DNA of 32,000 nt from Candidatus Nanopusillus acidilobi. Its GTDB lineage: Archaea; Nanobdellota; Nanobdellia; Nanobdellales; Nanobdellaceae. Under the pieces are notes generated by a model. It saw nothing but the letters and a program-made list of their open reading frames with translations, was not told the DNA's origin and ran no database searches. The stretch lies in assembly GCA_001552015.1 (NCBI GenBank), contig CP010514.1:540001-572000 (forward strand). Reading direction: 5' to 3'. The translations under genes and the position numbers were made by a program. This document shows positions 1 to 7,617 of the stretch, one piece after another; positions within the stretch are counted from its first letter, which is position 1, and each line of letters begins with the position of its first letter.

Positions 1-1
1 A

Positions 2-283
2 GGTTCTTTAAAAGATTTTGCAAGAATATATGCAAAACAAAATTTAGAAGATTATGAATTACAATTAAAGGAATATAATGAAAAAGTTAACTTATGGGTA
101 ACATTATATGCATTTTTCTTTATAACATTCCCAATGGTATTACTAATTTTAGCATTTCTATTTTCAATTGCATCAGGAAATATGAATATTTTAAATTCAT
201 TATTATTTTTCTTTATTGTAATTATACCATTTTCATATATTACATACTTATATATGATACATATATATCAACCAAAGATTTAG
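2..283 (+). CDS. C-terminal part of a type II secretion system F (TadC/ArlJ-like) membrane protein, truncated by window start
   Basis: Frame starting at base 2 reads GSLKDFARIYAKQNLEDYELQLKEYNEKVNLWVTLYAFFFITFPMVLLILAFLFSIASGNMNILNSLLFFFIVIIPFSYITYLYMIHIYQPKI*; amphipathic segment followed by two TM helices, as at the C-terminus of T2SSF proteins. The tracked ORF 94..309 is a different frame. Confidence 0.6.
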   Translation, partial: GSLKDFARIYAKQNLEDYELQLKEYNEKVNLWVTLYAFFFITFPMVLLILAFLFSIASGNMNILNSLLFFFIVIIPFSYITYLYMIHIYQPKI

Positions 284-450
284 AAATTAACAAATCCTTT
301 CTTTGCTAAATCAATTGCTTCCTTTTTTAATTTTCTAAAACATGATATATGAAAAATCATTTTTTCTCCATTTAAATTTAATATTTTATATTTTTCATTA
401 TCATATACGGGTCTATTACAATATTTGCATTCCCCAATCTTATTTGCCAT
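280..450 (-). CDS. Small putative zinc-binding protein (56 aa), absent from ORF track
   Basis: Reverse complement: MANKIGECKYCNRPVYDNEKYKILNLNGEKMIFHISCFRKLKKEAIDLAKKGFVNF*; CxxC plus HxxC treble-clef/LIM-like spacing; stop overlaps the convergent T2SSF stop. Confidence 0.7.
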   Translation of the reverse strand: MANKIGECKYCNRPVYDNEKYKILNLNGEKMIFHISCFRKLKKEAIDLAKKGFVNF

Positions 451-480
451 AAAAAATAATTATTTTTATTATATAAAAAT

Positions 481-2685
481 TTAGTGAACCCCTTCAGGTA
501 TTCCCTTTCTTTTCCTAATAGAATCTATTATTTGCTGTTGTAAATCTTTTGGTACTTTTTCATATACCTGATCTTCTAAGAACCAAACACCCTTTCCAGA
601 TGTTGCAGATCTTAATTCATCTGTAAATCCAAACATATTTGCTACAGGTACTTTTGCTTTAATTGTTGCTCTTTCTTCTTCAATATTCATTTCCAATATT
701 TGTCCTCTCCTTGACTGTAATATAGATGTTACATCTCCAACAGTTTCTGGAGGAGTATCAATTCTTATAACCTGCAATGGTTCATATAATGTTGGTTGTT
801 CAAGAATAGCACTCTTAATTGCATCCTTTGTTGCAGGAATTATTTGAGCAGGACCTCTATGAATTGCATCTTCATGTAATACTGCATCAATCAATTTTAC
901 TTTCATCATTATACCAGGTTCCCATGCTAATGGACCCTGATCCATTACTTCCTTAAATCCTTCTACAATATATTCTATTACTTCTGGTAAATGAACAATA
1001 CCCCTTGTCATATCAATCAATACATTTCCATTTTGTACCATTATAATTCTCCTTGCTTCTTCTTTATCAAATCCAATTTCATTAAATACTTTCCATAAAT
1101 CTTCCTTTTTAATCCTTCCTTCAGGTAATTTTCCTTCTCTAATATATTCCCTCATTTTTTCATATATTTCATATGGTAAAGGCTCAATTTGTATATATAT
1201 TTTATTATGTTTGTTTGGAGATTTCCCTTCATATACTTGTGTAACTCCATTAACAGATTCTCTATAAATTACTATTGGATCTCCAACCTTTACAGGTATT
1301 CCAAAATCGTTTTGTACTCTATATTCTATTATTTGTAAATGCAAATCTCCTAAACCAGATACTAAAATCTCTCCAGTATCCTTTTTCTGTTCAACTTTTA
1401 TTGTAGGATCTTCTCTTGTTAATAGATCCAATGTTTCAATTAATTTTGGTAGATCATTTGGATTCTTAGGTTCAAATGATTTTGTAACTACAGGATCTAA
1501 CCAATGTTTCATTTCTTCAAATGTTTCAACATTTTTTGGATCTTGAACTTTTCCAACAATTGTTTCTCCTGGATATAATCCTCTTATCCCAACTAAGGCA
1601 ATTATATTACCAGCCTTTACAGAATCTACATTTATTCTTTGTATTCCCTTCCATACAGCAACCTGTTGTATTTTTATTTGTTTTCCAGCTTGAATTAAAT
1701 ATACATCATCACCTTTTGATAATGTACCTGAAAATATTCTTGCAGTTGCAATTTCTTGCTTTGATACTTTATCAATTATTACATTTGTTACATTTATTAC
1801 TATTGGTCCATTTGAATCTAAATTTAACATTGCTTTTCCAATATCTGAATTTACATCTCCCTTCCATATATGAGGAATTCTATATTTTTGCGCTTCAATT
1901 GGAGAAGGTAAATGCCTTATAACCATATCTAATACAACTTTTGCGACAGGTGCCTTTTTTCTCATTTCTTCCTTTAATTTCTCTTTATCTTCTGAATATT
2001 GATTATATATTTCAATTACATCTTTAAATGAAACATTGTATTTTTTCATAAATGGTACAGATAATGCCCAATGGAATTTTGCAGATCCAAATGCAACAGA
2101 TCCATCATTTACATTTACATTCCATTTTCCTTTAAATTCTGGAGGAGAATATTTATCAATTAGTCTATTTATTTCAATAACTATTTTTCCAATTCTATCC
2201 ATAATTTGTTGAGGAGATAATTTTAATTCTGTAATTGCTCTATCAGTTTTATTTATGAATAATACTGGTTTTACATATTCTTTTAATGCAGTCCTTAATA
2301 CAGTTTCTGTTTGTGGCATTATTCCATCAACAAAATCTACTACAACAACTGCGCCATCAATCGCTCTAGCAGCTCTAGTAACCTGTCCTGAAAATTCTAC
2401 ATGTCCTGGGGTATCTATTAGATTTATTAAATAATCCTGATTTTCATAAGTATGGACCATTGAAACTGCAGCTCCATATACTGTTATTTCCCTTTCTCTT
2501 TCAGTTTCATGCCACCATGTAAACATTGCCTCACCTGCAAGTTCTTCTGCTAGCATTCCTGCACCTGCTAATAAAGAATCAGTCAATGTCGTCTTTCCAT
2601 GGTGTATATGCGCAATTATACCTATATTTCTTATATTATTTGGATTATCCATAACTTTCAATATTCTTTCAGTTAAACTGGCCAT
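481..2685 (-). CDS. fusA: Translation elongation factor EF-2
   Basis: 734 aa; IIAHIHHGKTTLTDSLLAGAGM, NLIDTPGHVEF, NKTDR G-motifs; diphthamide-region HEDAIHRGPAQIIPA; PVANMFGFTDELRSATSGKG. Confidence 0.98.
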   Translation of the reverse strand: MASLTERILKVMDNPNNIRNIGIIAHIHHGKTTLTDSLLAGAGMLAEELAGEAMFTWWHETEREREITVYGAAVSMVHTYENQDYLINLIDTPGHVEFSGQVTRAARAIDGAVVVVDFVDGIMPQTETVLRTALKEYVKPVLFINKTDRAITELKLSPQQIMDRIGKIVIEINRLIDKYSPPEFKGKWNVNVNDGSVAFGSAKFHWALSVPFMKKYNVSFKDVIEIYNQYSEDKEKLKEEMRKKAPVAKVVLDMVIRHLPSPIEAQKYRIPHIWKGDVNSDIGKAMLNLDSNGPIVINVTNVIIDKVSKQEIATARIFSGTLSKGDDVYLIQAGKQIKIQQVAVWKGIQRINVDSVKAGNIIALVGIRGLYPGETIVGKVQDPKNVETFEEMKHWLDPVVTKSFEPKNPNDLPKLIETLDLLTREDPTIKVEQKKDTGEILVSGLGDLHLQIIEYRVQNDFGIPVKVGDPIVIYRESVNGVTQVYEGKSPNKHNKIYIQIEPLPYEIYEKMREYIREGKLPEGRIKKEDLWKVFNEIGFDKEEARRIIMVQNGNVLIDMTRGIVHLPEVIEYIVEGFKEVMDQGPLAWEPGIMMKVKLIDAVLHEDAIHRGPAQIIPATKDAIKSAILEQPTLYEPLQVIRIDTPPETVGDVTSILQSRRGQILEMNIEEERATIKAKVPVANMFGFTDELRSATSGKGVWFLEDQVYEKVPKDLQQQIIDSIRKRKGIPEGVH

Positions 2686-2798
2686 TATAATAAAATGAAG
2701 AATAATATTTTAAAAATAAATTTTATGATATTACATATTAGCTATCTTTATATAAATATAGAATATTAAGGAAAAAATATTTTAATAATTTATTAAGA

Positions 2799-2975
2799 TT
2801 ACTTATTAATTTTTAATTCAAAAGATTTTGCCTGAAATCCTACTTTTCTATGGCTTCCATCACAATAAGGTTTATTTTGTGAATGTCCACATCTACATAA
2901 ATGATATAATACTTCTCCATTCACTGATATTTCATATGGTCCATTTTCATATCCTTTTATTACAATTTCTACCAT
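2799..2975 (-). CDS. CDGSH-type iron-sulfur protein (58 aa), absent from ORF track
   Basis: Reverse complement: MVEIVIKGYENGPYEISVNGEVLYHLCRCGHSQNKPYCDGSHRKVGFQAKSFELKINK*; complete CxCx(n)PYCDGSH motif. Confidence 0.93.
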   Translation of the reverse strand: MVEIVIKGYENGPYEISVNGEVLYHLCRCGHSQNKPYCDGSHRKVGFQAKSFELKINK

Positions 2976-3013
2976 ATTAAAACCTTTTAAAAAAATCTTA
3001 AAAATATTTTATT

Positions 3014-3613
3014 ATGAGATCTTACTTATATAAAATAATTTTAGGAATTATATCTATATTAATTTTATTTTTTATGCTTTTATTAAATAAAGTAAACTTT
3101 AATAACTATTATGTTTTAAAAAAGACGAATATTACAATAAATAATCAAAATCTATCATTATACTTATTGAATTTATATGGAGAAGGTTGTTATCAATATA
3201 ATATTACAAATGGATATTTTATAATAAAAAATGAAGGACCTGGAATAAATTATATAATACCATTAGTAGAATACATTAATACTACTTCATTTATATTTTG
3301 CAATCAAACATTCTATTATAATATAACAATTGAAGAATGTTTACCAATAAATCCATGCAATATAAAATGCACACCTAGAGAATTATGTCCAATGATAATA
3401 TGCATGGAATATCCATATTGTTCAAATGTAATATATTATATAAATATTACATATCCAATAATAATTGTTAATGATAGTATATTTTTATATAATAATAATG
3501 TTTTTTGTTACTCAGAAAACAATTGTAATATAATTTATCAAATATTACCTAAAAGTTATTTATACAATTTAATATATAATTTAATAAGTTCTATACCAAA
3601 AAATATTGTATGA
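3014..3613 (+). CDS. Hypothetical secreted or membrane-anchored cysteine-rich protein
   Basis: 199 aa; N-terminal hydrophobic segment IILGIISILILFFMLLL followed by an ectodomain with many Cys and Asn residues; overlaps next gene by ATGA. Confidence 0.7.
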   Translation: MRSYLYKIILGIISILILFFMLLLNKVNFNNYYVLKKTNITINNQNLSLYLLNLYGEGCYQYNITNGYFIIKNEGPGINYIIPLVEYINTTSFIFCNQTFYYNITIEECLPINPCNIKCTPRELCPMIICMEYPYCSNVIYYINITYPIIIVNDSIFLYNNNVFCYSENNCNIIYQILPKSYLYNLIYNLISSIPKNIV

Positions 3614-4275
3614 AACTTGCAGTATTATATTCTGGAGGAAAAGATTCAAATTATTCATTATATATTGCATCAAAATATCATGAAATATCTGTACTATTAA
3701 ATATAATTCCAAAAAACAATGAAAGTTATTTATATCATTATATTAATAATAATTTAACTGAATTACAATCAAAAGCATTAAATATACCTATAGAAAGATT
3801 TTATATAAATAATGATGAAGAAGAAACATTATTTGAAGCATTAAAATATTTAAAAGAAAAATATAATATTGATGGAATTGTTACTGGAGCAATTAGATCT
3901 ACATATCAGGGATCTAGATTTCAAAGAATATGTAAAAGATTAAATCTATGGTGTTTTAATCCATTATGGTTAAAGGATGAAAAAGAATATTTATATGAAT
4001 TATTAGAAAATAATTTTCAGTTTATAATTGTTGGATGGTATACATATCCTTTAGATATAAATATTTTAGGAAAAATTGTAGATGAAAATATAATAAAAAA
4101 ATTAATTGAATATAAAGAAAAATATAAAATAAATATTGCGGGAGAAGGCGGAGAATATGAAACTTTTGTTTTATATCAACCATTATTTAAGAAAAAAATA
4201 ATAATAAAAGATTATGAAATAAAGGTAGAAAAAAATTATGCAGAATATATTATAAAAAATGCATATTTAAAATGA
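3610..4275 (+). CDS. dph6: Diphthine--ammonia ligase-like PP-loop ATPase (Dph6 / MJ0570 family)
   Basis: 221 aa; AVLYSGGKDSNYSLY PP-loop, GAIRSTYQGSRFQRICKRLNL, and GEGGEYETFVLYQPLF signature. Confidence 0.88.
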   Translation: MKLAVLYSGGKDSNYSLYIASKYHEISVLLNIIPKNNESYLYHYINNNLTELQSKALNIPIERFYINNDEEETLFEALKYLKEKYNIDGIVTGAIRSTYQGSRFQRICKRLNLWCFNPLWLKDEKEYLYELLENNFQFIIVGWYTYPLDINILGKIVDENIIKKLIEYKEKYKINIAGEGGEYETFVLYQPLFKKKIIIKDYEIKVEKNYAEYIIKNAYLK

Positions 4276-4799
4276 TTGGAATAATTCATACAAATAAAGA
4301 AGAACTATCAAAATATGAATTTTTATATCCAATAATAAATATTTTGAAAGAATTAAATATTGATTATAAAGTTCTTTCCTATAAAGATAGAATAAATGAA
4401 TATTTTGAAAAAATAATAATAACTGGTACTGCAATAATGGACTTTGATTATTTAAATTATATAAAAAACTTTGAATTTATAATTGAAAATAATATAAAAA
4501 CCATTGCAATATGTTCTGGAAGTCAAATATTATTAAAATTACTAAATTATGATTTTGAAGATAAAGAATTAATTGGAAAATATTATGTAAAAATAATAAA
4601 TAAAGATAAAATAGTTAATAAAGACTTTGAAGCATATTTTTTAATAACAAAAATTCCAAAGATTAATGAAAAATTTTATATAATTGGAAAGGTTGAAAAT
4701 ATCCCTGTATTGTATAAATATAAAAATATATATTTTTCATTGTTCCATCCAGAAGTTTTAAATAAAGATATAATAATTAATTTTTTAGAATATATATAG
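4272..4799 (+). CDS. Class I glutamine amidotransferase-like protein
   Basis: 175 aa; nucleophile elbow TIAICSGSQ, and C-terminal SLFHPEV giving His/Glu of the triad; start overlaps dph6 stop (ATGA). Confidence 0.75.
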   Translation: MIGIIHTNKEELSKYEFLYPIINILKELNIDYKVLSYKDRINEYFEKIIITGTAIMDFDYLNYIKNFEFIIENNIKTIAICSGSQILLKLLNYDFEDKELIGKYYVKIINKDKIVNKDFEAYFLITKIPKINEKFYIIGKVENIPVLYKYKNIYFSLFHPEVLNKDIIINFLEYI

Positions 4800-4800
4800 A

Positions 4801-4855
4801 GCCCCTACTAGGGTAACCTTAGATAGATGAAAAAGGTTGAGTTAGTAGGGGTACA
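4801..4855 (+). ncRNA. Candidate H/ACA guide RNA (pseudouridylation, 23S helix 69)
   Basis: Lower stem CCCCUACUA(4802-4810)/UAGUAGGGG(4843-4851) plus G4801.U4852; upper stem AACCUU(4815-4820)/AAGGUU(4833-4838); pocket GGGU / GAGU; ACA at 4853-4855, exactly 14 nt after the upper stem; apical AGAUAGAUGAAA is a plausible K-loop region. Confidence 0.75.
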
Positions 4856-4857
4856 AA

Positions 4858-4905
4858 ATGAAGAAACCGTCCCAGGCTGAAAAATGATGAATTAAAGCTA
4901 ACAGA
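4858..4905 (+). ncRNA. Candidate box C/D guide RNA fused to or cotranscribed with the H/ACA unit
   Basis: C-like AUGAAGA(4858-4864), 12-nt guide AACCGUCCCAGG, D' CUGA(4877-4880), AAA, C' AUGAUGA(4884-4890), 11-nt spacer AUUAAAGCUAA, D-like CAGA(4902-4905). Outer C and D boxes are imperfect. Confidence 0.65.
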
Positions 4906-4912
4906 TAAAAAA

Positions 4913-6787
4913 TTATTCTTCAGCTTTTTCCCTTCCTCTTTTACTTCTTCTTCCTGATTCTGATAATACTGCAGCTATTATTATTATTGCTAATACTACC
5001 AATATCAATAATACCAATTCTAATGATGATAATGATATTGAAGGTACTTGATATACTGAATATGTTTCATTTAATGAATATAATACTTTTCCTGTTTGTT
5101 GATCTATTATATTTGCATATACTGTTACATTATTGCTTTCTGCAGTTACATTTAATGGTATTTCCTCACTATATGTTCCTCCTATTTGTATTTCTTGTTG
5201 TTCTGGATATACTTCTCCTCCAACAGCATATGCTTGTATTAATAAATTATATATTGTTGTTGTATTTGAACTTATTACTAAATATATTGTTGTATTCTTT
5301 CCATATTTTAATGGTGTATATCCAATTAATGATGCACTTATTGGTTCTGGTATTATTTGTGTTCCATTTACATATAGATTATATGTATATGTTTGTGATA
5401 TTCCATTATAATTAAATACAAATTCTATTGGATAGTATCCTGCTGTTAAGTTTTCTGGAATATATATTACTACTGGCAATTGTGTTACCTGATTTGGTGA
5501 TAATGTTATTGTTGATAATTGCTGGAATATATTTAATTGTTGTGATTCTATTATTGGTTGTACCTGTATATCCATTGGCAAGTTAGATTCTAAATTTGCA
5601 TATAATTCTATAAATTGTCCTGGTTTTACATTAAATGTATTTGTATATACACTTAATACATTTACTGGTTGTATTCCTTGCTCATTTACTGTTATTGTAT
5701 AATTATATTGATATATCTCTGTTCCATTTTGATATATATATAATATTATCGTATAATATCCTGGATATAACCCTATTGTATTTAATGGTAATATTACTTC
5801 TCCTTGAGAATTTGGAGATATTGTTTGTGAATTTTGTAAATTATATACTAGATCTCCATATTGATCATATACTAACATTTGAACTGTTGCATTTACTGTT
5901 TCATAACCTGGATTTTCCATTAATACTTCTATATTATATATTGAATTAATTAAATTATTCATTAAATTAAAGTTTGGAGATATTGAAATTACCTGTATGT
6001 TTTGTCCATTTTGATTATTTGATATATAGAATGATTGTTCTGTTTGTTGTGTTAATACTTGTCCATTAGATAACACAATATTTAATTGTTCTACTACATA
6101 CATTTGTCCTTGTACATTTTCTAAATAATAGTTTGGTATATTTACTGTTAATAAATTCTCTCCAGATTTTAAATTTACATTTTCTTGTGTTTGATATACA
6201 ATACTTCCTTGTGAATTATATAATGTTAATGTTAATGTAGAAGATTGTATATTTGTTTCAACGTTTTGTAAATATACTACTGATTGTACATTTATTCCAT
6301 ATAATTGTGCTTGCTGTTGTGAAATTACTGATGGTAATTGAATTAATGATAATGTTAAGTTATATGGTACAAATTCTAAATTATATGTTTGGTTTGCTGT
6401 TACATATTCTAAATATGTTGGATATAATAATGATACATATGCTTGAACTGTGAAACCATTGTATTGTACTAAATTCTCCAATTCTAAAGGATTTACTGAT
6501 ACCTGATATATATTTAATCCTGTAGATACTGATATTGGCTCATAATATTGATATATTAATTGCCCGCTTGGTGCATATATATTAAAGTACAAATTTGCTT
6601 CTTCAGGTGTCTGATTTACTCCACATAACTTTACTGTAAATGTTAGATTATTTAATGCATTTGCTAATAATGTTGTTGTTTGTGGTTCTATTATTAATGA
6701 CTGTGAATGTATTCCAAATGCTAATAATACTGCTCCCATTAAAAAACCAAGTAATCTTCTTACTGTTACCACCAAGTTGTTGTTCAT
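4913..6787 (-). CDS. Large secreted/surface protein with repeated beta-rich domains and C-terminal membrane anchor
   Basis: 624 aa; N-terminal signal-like LLGFLMGAVLLAFGIHSQS, repeated Tyr/Asn/Gln-rich beta-strand patterns with NxT/NxS sites, C-terminal LELVLLILVVLAIIIIAAVL then SGRRSKRGREK. Confidence 0.75.
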   Translation of the reverse strand: MNNNLVVTVRRLLGFLMGAVLLAFGIHSQSLIIEPQTTTLLANALNNLTFTVKLCGVNQTPEEANLYFNIYAPSGQLIYQYYEPISVSTGLNIYQVSVNPLELENLVQYNGFTVQAYVSLLYPTYLEYVTANQTYNLEFVPYNLTLSLIQLPSVISQQQAQLYGINVQSVVYLQNVETNIQSSTLTLTLYNSQGSIVYQTQENVNLKSGENLLTVNIPNYYLENVQGQMYVVEQLNIVLSNGQVLTQQTEQSFYISNNQNGQNIQVISISPNFNLMNNLINSIYNIEVLMENPGYETVNATVQMLVYDQYGDLVYNLQNSQTISPNSQGEVILPLNTIGLYPGYYTIILYIYQNGTEIYQYNYTITVNEQGIQPVNVLSVYTNTFNVKPGQFIELYANLESNLPMDIQVQPIIESQQLNIFQQLSTITLSPNQVTQLPVVIYIPENLTAGYYPIEFVFNYNGISQTYTYNLYVNGTQIIPEPISASLIGYTPLKYGKNTTIYLVISSNTTTIYNLLIQAYAVGGEVYPEQQEIQIGGTYSEEIPLNVTAESNNVTVYANIIDQQTGKVLYSLNETYSVYQVPSISLSSLELVLLILVVLAIIIIAAVLSESGRRSKRGREKAEE

Positions 6788-6822
6788 AACATAATTTATG
6801 ATAGAAAGATTTATAAATGTTA

Positions 6823-7617
6823 TTACTTTATAGATAGTATATCGCTATCACCTGGAAGATATTCTAATATGATATTATAATCAACTTTAAAAATATTCTC
6901 CAATTGTTTTGCAATATCAATTGGTTTTTTATTTCCAGGAATTAATATAACATAATTTTTATTATATTTATCTTTTATACTTTCAGGTATTCCTGGAATA
7001 ACATTATAATCTTCAAATGCTAATGCAATTTCCAAATTTACTTTTATATAATTCTTTTCTCCATATATCATAAAAGAACCTTTTTTTAAATACATTCCAG
7101 AAGGTGCCTTTTTTGATACTTGATCTGGATATACATAATATACATCTACAGAAGATAATTTATTCTTCCATGCTCTAGAATATGATCCAACAAATTTTGC
7201 AGCTTCATATATATCTATTTCACTTGCATTTCTTCCATTTTTTAATATACCAAATGGAGATCCAATAATATCTGCATGAAATATCAAATCATTTTTTTCT
7301 AAATATTTATTTATAATAATTTCATTTGTAATAGAATCTTTTCCAGCAATTAATAGAAAATTATTTGTTGTAAACATCCATCTAAATTTCTCATACCATT
7401 TTTTATTTCTCTTAATTTCTTCCTTCTTTTTTTCAATAACTATTTTTTCTTCAATATTATTTAATTTTTCTTCCAATTCTTTTAGTAAATTTTCTATTTT
7501 TTGTTTTTTATTTTTTAATTCTTTTATTTTTTCATATATTTCATTTATATTTTCATATATACTTTTTCTAGTATCAATTTTTATTTCCATTTTTCCAACA
7601 GATATTGTAAAAAGCAC
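6823..7617 (-). CDS. NFACT-R (DUF814) domain protein, short NEMF/Rqc2-like
   Basis: 264 aa; coiled coil followed by WYEKFRWMFTTNNFLLIAGKDSITNEIIINKYLEKNDLIFHADIIGSPFGILK...SRAWKNKLSSVDVYYVYPDQVSKKAPSGMYLKKGSFMIYG. Confidence 0.88.
   Translation of the reverse strand: MLFTISVGKMEIKIDTRKSIYENINEIYEKIKELKNKKQKIENLLKELEEKLNNIEEKIVIEKKKEEIKRNKKWYEKFRWMFTTNNFLLIAGKDSITNEIIINKYLEKNDLIFHADIIGSPFGILKNGRNASEIDIYEAAKFVGSYSRAWKNKLSSVDVYYVYPDQVSKKAPSGMYLKKGSFMIYGEKNYIKVNLEIALAFEDYNVIPGIPESIKDKYNKNYVILIPGNKKPIDIAKQLENIFKVDYNIILEYLPGDSDILSIK

Noticed and set aside
94-309. 71-aa ORF at window start
   Set aside because: Alternate frame of the T2SSF C-terminus read from base 2, with Ile/Tyr-rich chance translation.
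1521-1922. 133-aa ORF on + strand in EF-2
   Set aside because: Antisense of a strongly conserved EF-2 gene; Leu/Gln-rich shadow translation.
4891-4905. Second guide (AUUAAAGCUAA) of the C/D RNA as a functional guide
   Set aside because: No convincing target in the visible 16S or 23S and the D box is CAGA; left unassigned, tRNA targets could not be checked.
4987-6453. Several + and - ORFs inside the surface-protein gene
   Set aside because: Shadow ORFs on the opposite strand or alternate frames of the 624-aa gene.
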